Assembly: GCA_045590535.1 (NCBI GenBank)
Contig: JAZNRE010000005.1
Span: forward strand, 8,485-72,484
Length of the DNA: 64,000 nt
Direction of reading: 5' to 3'
Source of the DNA: Clostridia bacterium
GTDB lineage: Bacteria; Bacillota; Clostridia; UBA1381; UBA9506
Made by a program: the position numbers and the translations under genes. The notes beneath the pieces are model-generated. The model was not told where the DNA came from. It ran no database searches and saw only the letters and a list, made by a program, of their open reading frames with translations. Positions 36,403 to 44,418 of the stretch are shown piece by piece. Positions within the stretch are counted from its first letter, which is position 1. The number at the start of each line of letters is the position of its first letter.

Positions 36403-37290
36403 TCATTCCCCTTTATGCTTTTTTGCCTCATAAAGTTTTTTGTCAGCATTGTCCAAAAGGTCGTCAATGGGTGTCACACCGTCATAAAGGGCAAAGCCCA
36501 TGCTCATTTTAATGTCATAATCTTCTCGAAACTTTAGGGAGTCCAATTCTTTTTTAATGGCATTGATAGCATCAACTGCCAATCCTTTTTCGGATGTATC
36601 GGTAATGACAACAAATTCGTCACCGCCAATTCGAAAGGCATTGGCATTAAACATTTTGCTTACCTTTAAAAGCGCATCCGCAACAAGAATCAAAGCCCTG
36701 TTGCCTTCTAAATGCCCCCATGTATCGTTGATGTGTTTAAAATCATCTAAATCGCAGGCGATGATGTAAAACGAATCGCTGTGCTCGTGTTCATATTGGC
36801 GAAGCTGCTTTGCTAATTCAGCCTCAAGACCATAACGATTATAAAGCCCTGTGAGATTGTCGATTCGTATTTTATTATATTGTGCCACAACAACAGCCAG
36901 CATCACCGCCAAAGTCATGGCATAAATCGGTGCGTTTATCCCCCATTTTAATAAGAAAAAGGTTAAAATGCCAAAAGCCCCGCCAATCAGTAATGCCACG
37001 CTGTTTTGAGCAATCGGTTTCTTTTCCGCCGAAAAGAACAGTTGCTTTTGCCAATAAAAAATTGCCAACATAAAGTAGCAGGAGCAGGCCGTTAAAAATA
37101 TGTTTTTAACACACGCCTGCACCACCATGCCCTCTGCCGTTGAAAACAAAACGCCGATAAAAGCAAAAAGATATGTAAAGCAGGTTGCTTCGGTTTGCCG
37201 CAAAAATGTTTTCTTATGAAAAAAAGCTAAAAACCCGATTGCCAATAAACAAAACAGCTTTGCTTCGGTTTCAACAAATAAAAGATTCAT
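36403..37290 (-). CDS. Membrane-anchored diguanylate cyclase (GGDEF domain)
   Basis: About 5 N-terminal TM helices are followed by DNLTGLYNR...CDLDDFKHIND...RIGGDEF. No recognisable sensor domain is present. Confidence 0.85.
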   Translation of the reverse strand: MNLLFVETEAKLFCLLAIGFLAFFHKKTFLRQTEATCFTYLFAFIGVLFSTAEGMVVQACVKNIFLTACSCYFMLAIFYWQKQLFFSAEKKPIAQNSVALLIGGAFGILTFFLLKWGINAPIYAMTLAVMLAVVVAQYNKIRIDNLTGLYNRYGLEAELAKQLRQYEHEHSDSFYIIACDLDDFKHINDTWGHLEGNRALILVADALLKVSKMFNANAFRIGGDEFVVITDTSEKGLAVDAINAIKKELDSLKFREDYDIKMSMGFALYDGVTPIDDLLDNADKKLYEAKKHKGE

Positions 37291-37403
37291 GTTTTTTCTC
37301 CTTTGGTCATTATAAAATGTTGGTTTTTGTCAAGTCAGGACTAAAAATAACAATTATATAGTTAAAAACATATTATATACAAAAACATTTGTAGGTGATT
37401 TAT

Positions 37404-37886
37404 ATGTTTAACAATTCCATGCTCAACATCAAAAAGAGACCTTTTGCGTTTGCTATGATAAAAGGAAGCGATGATTATCCCGCCATCGACGGCATCGTCT
37501 ATTTTTATAAGGTGCAGGCAGGGGTTTTGGTTTCGGTGCAACTCAATGGTTTGCCTGAATCAGATGACATCTGCAAGCAACCAATTTTTGCCGTTCACAT
37601 TCACAGTGGCGGCCGTTGCACCGGCAATAACACCGACCCTTTTGCAGACGCCATGACACACTATAACTCCAATGATTGCGCTCATCCTTATCACGCAGGC
37701 GATTTGCCACCTGTGTTCGGCGTTAACGGTCTTGGTTTTTCAGCATTTTTAACAAACCGTTTTTCTGCTGAAGAAATAATCGGAAAAACCGTTATCATCC
37801 ACTCCGGCCCCGATGACTTCACAACACAGCCCTCCGGCAATTCGGGTACAAAAATTGCCTGTGGGGTAATTTCATCTGTATATTAA
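37404..37886 (+). CDS. Cu/Zn superoxide dismutase family protein without a signal peptide
   Basis: AVHIHSGGRC, THYN...AHPYHAGDLPP, IIHSGPDD and KIACGVI align with the SodC metal-ligand pattern. Confidence 0.75.
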   Translation: MFNNSMLNIKKRPFAFAMIKGSDDYPAIDGIVYFYKVQAGVLVSVQLNGLPESDDICKQPIFAVHIHSGGRCTGNNTDPFADAMTHYNSNDCAHPYHAGDLPPVFGVNGLGFSAFLTNRFSAEEIIGKTVIIHSGPDDFTTQPSGNSGTKIACGVISSVY

Positions 37887-38016
37887 GCGTTCTCGCTTAG
37901 AATGCATTTTCATTATATAAAGACTGTATAATCTGGATGCCAAACCTTTTTAACGATTGCGAAATGTAAGGTTTAGATGTAGTTTGTTTTTCTGAACTTC
38001 GTACCATCCGAAGGCC

Positions 38017-38131
38017 CCCTTGCCTAAAGGGGGCTGTCTGCGAAGCAGACTGGGGGATTCATTTTTAATTTGTTAAACCCCACTTATATCCCTCCACCAC
38101 CTTCGGTGGTCCCCCTCCCTTTAGGCAAGGG
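38017..38131. repeat. GC-rich hairpin element bounded by a perfect 15-bp inverted repeat
   Basis: CCCTTGCCTAAAGGG (38017-38031) and its exact reverse complement CCCTTTAGGCAAGGG (38117-38131). Internal hairpins are GTCTGC-GAA-GCAGAC, ACCACC-TTC-GGTGGT and CCTCCCTT-TAGGC-AAGGGAGG. Confidence 0.5.
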
Positions 38132-38227
38132 AGGCTTTTATTAAACTCATTATACCATATTTTAACCCAATATACAAGGCATTTCGAACCAACCATAATA
38201 TAATTGCACATCGTGGGTAAAATAATA

Positions 38228-38256
38228 TTGACAATAAAAATCTTTTTTGCTATAAT
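38228..38256 (+). promoter_or_regulatory. Consensus sigma-A promoter (TTGACA-N17-TATAAT) of the T-box/aspS operon
   Basis: TTGACA ataaaaatcttttttgc TATAAT. Confidence 0.65.
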
Positions 38257-38261
38257 GACTA

Positions 38262-38484
38262 ATGGAGACTCGGCTTTTGTGGAAAGTCTGAAAGGGAGAA
38301 TGCGTCATGGACTGAAAGCGCATTTGAGATGAGTAGTAAGTTTGGGAACACTCCGATTTTCATAACAGTTTCATATTTAAAAGCGGATGCCGTTTCGGCA
38401 TCAAAGCGGGTGGCACCGCGGGTTAAATATTTTGTTTACTCGTCCCGGAAATATCGTTTGATATTTCCGGGGCTTTTATTTTTT
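38262..38484 (+). promoter_or_regulatory. T-box riboswitch leader (tRNA-sensing transcription attenuator)
   Basis: Stem I elements are an AG-bulge-like GGGAGA, a distal loop ending UGAAAG, and AGUAGUA. The T-box core AAAGCGGGTGGCACCGCGGG lies at 38403-38423. The terminator CCCGGAAATATC-GTTTG-ATATTTCCGGG plus TTTTATTTTTT lies at 38444-38484. Confidence 0.8.
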
Positions 38485-38512
38485 CAGTATATTATCGTAG
38501 GAGGAATATAGT

Positions 38513-40591
38513 ATGTATAGAACCCTATATTGCAATGACATACGCGATGAGCACATTGGCAAAACCGTTCAGCTCGCCGGCTGGGTGGATGTTGTGCGTG
38601 ACCATGGCGGTGTTATTTTTATTGACCTTCGTGATTACACCGGCGTAACACAGGTAGTCATTCATAATGAAGAACTTGTGAAGGATGTAAACCGTGAAAC
38701 CGTCATCTCTGTCAGCGGTATTGTCAGCAAGCGTGACCCCGAAACCGTGAATGACAAAATTGAAACCGGCGCCGTGGAGCTGGTGGCTGACAGCCTTGAC
38801 ATTTTAGGCAAAAGCTTAAACAAGCTTCCTTTTGATGTCCGTGCTTCCCGCTCAAGCAAAGATGAGTTGCGCCTTAAATATCGCTATTTAGATTTGCGCA
38901 ATCCCAAAAACCACGATAATTTGGTAAAACGCTCACAGATTATCCGCCATTTGAGAAACAAGATGGAAGAAAAAGGCTTTTTGGATATGCAAACGCCTAT
39001 CTTAACAGCCTCTTCTCCGGAAGGTGCCAGAGACTTTTTGGTGCCCAGCCGTAAGCATCCCGGCAAGTTTTATGCACTGCCCCAGGCACCCCAGCAGTTT
39101 AAACAGCTTTTAATGGTGTCCGGCTTTGACCGTTATTTTCAGGTAGCGCCTTGCTTCCGTGATGAAGACGCCCGCGCTGACCGTTCACCCGGTGAGTTCT
39201 ATCAGTTAGACTTTGAAATGGCTTTTGCCACGCAAGAAGAAGTTTTGGATGTGTGCGAAGATGTAATCTACGACACCTTCAAAACCTTCTCGGATAAACG
39301 AATTACGCCGAAGCCCTTCCGTCGCATCACCTATGCGGATGCCATGATGACCTACGGCTCGGATAAACCCGATTTAAGAAACCCCTTAATCATCTGCGAT
39401 TTAACCGCCTTCTTTGAAGGGGTTGACTTCCCTGCCTTTAAGGGCAAGCCCGTCCGCGGTATTGTTGCTGGCTGTCAGGGCAAATCCAAGAAGTTCTTTG
39501 AAGATTCATTAAAATATGCCACCTCCCCCGAGGTTGGTCTTGGCGGTCTTGGATATATCACTTTAAAAGACGGCGCCTTTGCAGGCCCCATTGCCAAATT
39601 CTTAAGCGATGCACAAAAAGAAGAAATCACCACCCTGACCGGTGTGAAAGAGGGCGAAACCCTGTTCTTCATTTGCGACGACACCAAGAACGACACCGAG
39701 AAAAAAGCCGGCTTAATCCGTACCTGGCTGGCCAAAAAAGAACAGCTTGATTTAATTGATGAAGATGCTTTTGAATTCTGCTTCGTTGTGGACTTCCCCA
39801 TGTTTGAAAACGATGAGGAAACCGGTGAAACCATCTTCACTCATAACCCCTTCTCCATGCCCCAGGGCGGTATGGAAGCTTTGCTCACCAAAGACCCAAC
39901 CGAAGTGCTTGCATATCAGTATGACCTGGTAGGCAACGGCATTGAGCTTGCCTCCGGTGCTGTTCGTAACCACGATATTGACATTATGAAAAAGGCCTTT
40001 GAAATTGCAGGCTATCCTGAAGAGGAACTGAAAAAGCGGTTTAACGCTTTATACACTGCATTTCAGTATGGTGCTCCACCCCATGCCGGTATGGCGCCGG
40101 GCATTGACCGTATGGTAATGCTCTTAACTGACGAAGAAAAGATTTTAGATGTTATTGCTTTCCCCTTAAACGGCAACGCCCAGGACCTGCTTTTAGGCGC
40201 ACCCAGCTTTGTAACCAATCAGCAGCTTGAGGATGTTCACCTCTTAGGAAGCACCAATGTATTGGCGCAGCGTGCCGCCGGACCGGCCAGCGCAGCCAAA
40301 ACCTCGGCTGGCAAGCGTTCCACCTTCTCCAATGCACAGCAGCTGAATCAGATTGCTTTAACTGAAGAGGAAGAAAAGGTTGTGCAGGATATTTTTGGTG
40401 CCATGAATGAGCAGGAAAAAGCGCTGGACGAAATCAGCACCGAGGGTGTTGAACCCATGGTGCATGTCATGCCCATGACCAATGTTCTGCGTGAAGATGT
40501 CCGCCGTCAGCCTTTCTCCCGTGAGAGTCTCTTAGAGGGTGCTCCGGAACGCAGTGAAGATAGCTGGCAAGTGCCAAGACTTGTAAAGTGA
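38513..40591 (+). CDS. aspS: Aspartyl-tRNA synthetase (bacterial type, with GAD insertion) fused to a C-terminal GatC domain
   Basis: The AspRS core has QSPQ-equivalent LPQAPQQFKQLLM, FRDEDARADR, the GAD insert, and GIDRMVML. After a ~30-aa Ala/Ser/Lys-rich linker, the last ~85 aa (ALTEEEEKVVQDIF...GVEPMVHVMPMTNVLREDV...LLEGAPERSEDSWQVPRLV) match GatC end to end. No separate gatC lies upstream of gatA. Confidence 0.85.
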   Translation: MYRTLYCNDIRDEHIGKTVQLAGWVDVVRDHGGVIFIDLRDYTGVTQVVIHNEELVKDVNRETVISVSGIVSKRDPETVNDKIETGAVELVADSLDILGKSLNKLPFDVRASRSSKDELRLKYRYLDLRNPKNHDNLVKRSQIIRHLRNKMEEKGFLDMQTPILTASSPEGARDFLVPSRKHPGKFYALPQAPQQFKQLLMVSGFDRYFQVAPCFRDEDARADRSPGEFYQLDFEMAFATQEEVLDVCEDVIYDTFKTFSDKRITPKPFRRITYADAMMTYGSDKPDLRNPLIICDLTAFFEGVDFPAFKGKPVRGIVAGCQGKSKKFFEDSLKYATSPEVGLGGLGYITLKDGAFAGPIAKFLSDAQKEEITTLTGVKEGETLFFICDDTKNDTEKKAGLIRTWLAKKEQLDLIDEDAFEFCFVVDFPMFENDEETGETIFTHNPFSMPQGGMEALLTKDPTEVLAYQYDLVGNGIELASGAVRNHDIDIMKKAFEIAGYPEEELKKRFNALYTAFQYGAPPHAGMAPGIDRMVMLLTDEEKILDVIAFPLNGNAQDLLLGAPSFVTNQQLEDVHLLGSTNVLAQRAAGPASAAKTSAGKRSTFSNAQQLNQIALTEEEEKVVQDIFGAMNEQEKALDEISTEGVEPMVHVMPMTNVLREDVRRQPFSRESLLEGAPERSEDSWQVPRLVK

Positions 40592-40601
40592 GGTGCCAAG
40601 A

Positions 40602-41780
40602 ATGAATCATTATAAAACAAAAATCGGTAGCGGCAACATCGCCGTTGACGATACCATTTTAGTAAAAGATATTGAAGCTTGTGCCGGTTCTAAAATGCTC
40701 ACCGGCTTTAAGCCTCTCTTTAGTGCAGAAGCCGTAACCCGCCTGGAAGCCAAGGGCTACAAAATCGCCGGCAAAACCAATGTGGGCGAATTTGGCCTTG
40801 ACCTTTTGGGTGAGTTCTCCTATGGTGCAGAAAGCGAAGGCACATTAAAAGGTGCGGCTGCAGACCTGGTGGCAAGTGGCGAAGTGAAAGCGGCTTTGGC
40901 TGTGGATATGAACGGAACAGCAAGACGCGCGGCTGCCATCTCCGGTATTGACTTTTTAAAACCGACATATGGCACAGTTTCCCGCTATGGCGTCATTTCC
41001 TGTGCCGCTTCCGGTGAACAAATCGGCGTTTATGCTAAAGATGCCTCCGGTGTTCAGGAAATTATGAATGTGATCGCCGGTCACGACGAAAAAGACGGCA
41101 CCAGCTTAAAGAACGAAAGCTATGATTACAGTTTTCAGCCTGTTTCCGGCAAAAAAGTTGCCATTATAAAGGAACTTTTAGAAAAAGCTGATGACGAAAC
41201 CAAAAAACGCGTGAGTGTTTATGCTGATGCACTTCGTGCAAAAGGCGTAACGGTTGAAGAAATTTCCTTTAATCTCTTTGACGCCGCCAATGTTGCCTGG
41301 CAGATTTTAATGACCGCTGAAACCTGCAATAACATCTCCCGTTATGACGGCGTGAAGTTTGGTCATCGTGCTAAGGAATATAAAAACATTGACGAATTGT
41401 ATGTTAATTCCAGAACCGAAGGCTTTAACTTCTTAACCAAGGCGGTTATTCTGTATGGCTCTGATGTGCTTTCGAAAAACCGTTATGAAGCCTGCTATGA
41501 TAAATCCTTAAAGGTCCGCCGTGTGATTGCTGAAAAATTCCAAGAGTTAATGGCAAATTATGATGCGATTTTAACCCCGGCGGCAAGCAAAATCACTTAC
41601 GAAGCCTACGACATTCACGAAGCCTTCAAAAAGGTGTTTGAAGAAAGCGTTTTCACCGCACTGGCTAACTTAATCGGCACATCGGCTTTAGTTTCCGGCG
41701 GTGTGCAGCTTATGGGTAAGCATTTTTCAGAGAGTTTGTTATTAAGCCTTGCAGACGCTGCTAAAAAGGAGGGCAAATAA
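40602..41780 (+). CDS. gatA: GatA-like amidase-family protein, short and with a degenerate amidase signature
   Basis: It is colinear with GatA (ILVKD..., GKTNVGEF, LKPTYGTVSRYG, SRYDGVKFGHR, SRTEGFN). It lacks the canonical N-terminal segment of several tens of residues. It carries TLKGAAAD in place of GGSSGGS and AVDMNGTARR in place of GSDTGGSIRQ. Confidence 0.7.
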   Translation: MNHYKTKIGSGNIAVDDTILVKDIEACAGSKMLTGFKPLFSAEAVTRLEAKGYKIAGKTNVGEFGLDLLGEFSYGAESEGTLKGAAADLVASGEVKAALAVDMNGTARRAAAISGIDFLKPTYGTVSRYGVISCAASGEQIGVYAKDASGVQEIMNVIAGHDEKDGTSLKNESYDYSFQPVSGKKVAIIKELLEKADDETKKRVSVYADALRAKGVTVEEISFNLFDAANVAWQILMTAETCNNISRYDGVKFGHRAKEYKNIDELYVNSRTEGFNFLTKAVILYGSDVLSKNRYEACYDKSLKVRRVIAEKFQELMANYDAILTPAASKITYEAYDIHEAFKKVFEESVFTALANLIGTSALVSGGVQLMGKHFSESLLLSLADAAKKEGK

Positions 41781-41782
41781 TC

Positions 41783-43201
41783 ATGAATTATGAATTGGTC
41801 ATCGGCCTTGAGACCCATGTGGAGCTCAACACCGAATCAAAAATATTCTGTTCCTGCGGTGGTCACTCAGCCGCCAAAGAACCCAATGACTGTGTATGCC
41901 CTGCCTGCAGCGGCATGCCCGGTATGCTCCCTGTGATGAACAAACATGTTGTGGAGCTGGCTGTTACAGCAGGACTCATGTTAAACTGCGACATTAACCG
42001 TTACACCACCTTTGACAAAAAGAATTACTACTACCCTGACCTGCCCTGTGCTTATCAGATTACACAGCTCAACCATCCCATTTGCACCAACGGCTGTGTG
42101 ACCTTAAAAACCTCGGCCGGCACCCGTGACATCCGCATTAAGCAGATCCACATGGAAGAAGATGCAGGCAAATTGGTGCACGGCGGTAAATACTCTTATG
42201 TTGACTTTAACCGCACCAGCGTGCCCTTGATTGAAATTGTTACCCAGCCTGACTTTAGAAGTGCTGAAGAGGTGGTAACCTACTTAAACAAGCTGAAATC
42301 CATGTTCCGTTCCGGCGGTATTTCAGAATGTGAAGAGGGTGCTATGCGCTGCGATGTTAACATCTCCGTTCGTCCTGAAGACAGCGAAGAATTCGGTGTG
42401 CGTACCGAAATTAAAAACATGAGCTCCTTTGAAGCCATTGAAAAGGCCATCCGCTATGAAGCACAGCGCCATATGGACGCTTTGGAATTTGACACCGAAG
42501 AACTGGTGCAGGAAACCCGCCGTTTTGATGATGCCAGCGGCAAAACCTTTGCCATGCGTAACAAAGAAACCGAGGCGGATTACCGCTACTTCCCCGATGC
42601 TAACTTAATGCCCATCATCATTGATGACGAGTGGCTGGAGGAAATTAAGGCGAACAAACCTGCTGCTGTGGATGAAAAGGCTGAAGATTATCGCCTGGCA
42701 GGCATTTCGGATAAAGAAATCGACATGCTCATCTCCAACCACAAAATCAGCAAGCTACTCGATGATATTGTGGCTATGGGTGCTAATGCCAAAGATGGTG
42801 CTGCATGGATTTTAACCGACTGTGCCGGTATTTTGCGCAAAGATGGCAAAACCTTGAATGATTTAGTTATCACCGCTGAAAAGCTCTATGCTGTCATTCA
42901 AATGGTGGATAATGGCGACATCAACCGCAACGCCGGCAAAAAGATACTCATTGCTGTGGTTGAACAAGATGTTGACCCCATTGCTTATTGCAAAGAGCAG
43001 GGGCTTGACAAAAAGTTTGATACTTCTGCCATCAGCGCTGTGGTCGATAAGGCCATTGCCGAAAATCCCCAGTCTGTAGAGGACTTTAAAAATGGTAAGG
43101 TTAAGGCATTGCAAGCTCTCTTTGGTGCTTGTATGAAAGAATTAAAAGGCGCCGGCGACCCCGCCGTTATCAAAACCTTGTTGGAAGAGAAATTGAAGTA
43201 A
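41783..43201 (+). CDS. gatB: Asp-tRNA(Asn)/Glu-tRNA(Gln) amidotransferase subunit B
   Basis: ELVIGLETHVELNTESKIFC, DKKNYYYPDLP, MEEDAGK, DFNRTSVPLIEIV, and a C-terminal YqeY-like tail. Confidence 0.95.
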   Translation: MNYELVIGLETHVELNTESKIFCSCGGHSAAKEPNDCVCPACSGMPGMLPVMNKHVVELAVTAGLMLNCDINRYTTFDKKNYYYPDLPCAYQITQLNHPICTNGCVTLKTSAGTRDIRIKQIHMEEDAGKLVHGGKYSYVDFNRTSVPLIEIVTQPDFRSAEEVVTYLNKLKSMFRSGGISECEEGAMRCDVNISVRPEDSEEFGVRTEIKNMSSFEAIEKAIRYEAQRHMDALEFDTEELVQETRRFDDASGKTFAMRNKETEADYRYFPDANLMPIIIDDEWLEEIKANKPAAVDEKAEDYRLAGISDKEIDMLISNHKISKLLDDIVAMGANAKDGAAWILTDCAGILRKDGKTLNDLVITAEKLYAVIQMVDNGDINRNAGKKILIAVVEQDVDPIAYCKEQGLDKKFDTSAISAVVDKAIAENPQSVEDFKNGKVKALQALFGACMKELKGAGDPAVIKTLLEEKLK

Positions 43202-43216
43202 GAATTAAAGCAAAAG

Positions 43217-43249
43217 AAACCGCAGAAAACAAAATGTTTTCTGCGGTTT
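43217..43249. terminator. Bidirectional intrinsic terminator (gatB / GH172 gene)
   Basis: AAACCGCAGAAAAC-AAAAT-GTTTTCTGCGGTTT followed by TTATT. Confidence 0.75.
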
Positions 43250-43332
43250 TTATTGTGGAACACTACAAGGTTCCCGGGTACCCAACTGCAATCTTTGATT
43301 GCGTTGTTGGGCGGGGTTCTTATTATGCCGTC

Positions 43333-44415
43333 TTATATGATTTCCAGCTCGTCTTCTGTTGGGAACGGGGGGAAGGTTTTGCAAATTGTGTCCTGATACC
43401 AGAATGCCACAGACGAAATGTCATCCTGCAGTGGCAGGTAACGGCGTTTATCCCGCCAGCCAAGTGCTTGAATTGTTACCTTTAAATCTTCTTTAAAGTA
43501 AATCGGGTCCTGAATATGCCAACGGTACATGGAGAAACGATGCTGTGACACATACAGGCCGTTGGGACGGATGATTTTAGGCACGCCGGAATAGGGGGTG
43601 CAAAATTCCTGATATTTTCCTCCGATGTCAAAATTCCACGAGCCGCAGAAATAATCCTCTGTGCCTGTGCCGCAAATGGTGGGAAATTCTTTGTCGCCGT
43701 CTAAATAAAATTTAATTTCGCCCTCACCCCACCAGCGACAGTTGTTAAGACCCCAGAACATGTAGGTTCCCACGTAATGACCATTACCGCTGACGTTGTC
43801 CAAAATAGTATAAACATCCTTATAGGGCAGGGGGTTAACCCGTCTGAACTGGGCATGGAAATAGGCCATGCCCTCAGGAAGCTCTGTGAGGATATAATCA
43901 ATCTGATAATAAACCGTGATTTCTTCATTAAAGATGTTTTCAAGGGTTATTTTGCAGTTTTTATAAAAAGGCATGTCCCAGTAACAGTTAAAGGCTCGTT
44001 TGGGATTAACGCAAACAGGCAAGGATGTCACCTGGGCATATTCCTGACAATCGGCGCAGGCAAAAAAATCACCCAAGGGCGCTTCTACTGAGGGAGTGTC
44101 GCTACCATCCCAATACATCCTGAGAATCAGCTTGCGATTGGTGGGACAGTTTTCGGTAATCCAGATATGTTTGATAATACCCGAACCGTTAATTTCACCC
44201 ATGGTAAAGGTTTCACCGGGTGCAACAACAACGCTGGGGGATATTTTCCAGCCCTGACCCAAATCACGGGCACAGGCCTTGCCGGTGCCCTCGGTCGCCA
44301 TGCCGCCTTTTCCTTTTTCACCTGTAAAGTTTTCAGGTGAAATGGAACGGCTCACCGCTTTTGATGTGCGGGCAATGGAAGAAAGAACAGTTTCATAGTT
44401 ATTCATTTTATTCAT
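43333..44415 (-). CDS. DUF2961 / glycoside hydrolase family 172 protein
   Basis: 360 aa. GSGIIKHIWIT, LRMYWDG...PSVEAPLGDFF, YFHAQFRR, WWGEGEIKFYLDGD and GTGTEDYF follow the DUF2961 pattern as I remember it. No signal peptide is present. Confidence 0.7.
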   Translation of the reverse strand: MNKMNNYETVLSSIARTSKAVSRSISPENFTGEKGKGGMATEGTGKACARDLGQGWKISPSVVVAPGETFTMGEINGSGIIKHIWITENCPTNRKLILRMYWDGSDTPSVEAPLGDFFACADCQEYAQVTSLPVCVNPKRAFNCYWDMPFYKNCKITLENIFNEEITVYYQIDYILTELPEGMAYFHAQFRRVNPLPYKDVYTILDNVSGNGHYVGTYMFWGLNNCRWWGEGEIKFYLDGDKEFPTICGTGTEDYFCGSWNFDIGGKYQEFCTPYSGVPKIIRPNGLYVSQHRFSMYRWHIQDPIYFKEDLKVTIQALGWRDKRRYLPLQDDISSVAFWYQDTICKTFPPFPTEDELEII

Positions 44416-44418
44416 CTC

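Noticed and set aside
38329-38511. 60-codon plus-strand ORF immediately upstream of aspS.
   Set aside because: It lies entirely inside the T-box leader, spanning Stem I 3' side, the T-box core and the terminator, and has no RBS.
43273-43282. CCCGGGTACC (SmaI plus KpnI sites), identical to 10 nt of the pUC-type polylinker in reverse, raising the question of vector contamination or engineering.
   Set aside because: Only 10 nt match. The flanks do not continue the polylinker sequence, and the site sits in a natural spacer between a terminator and a stop codon.
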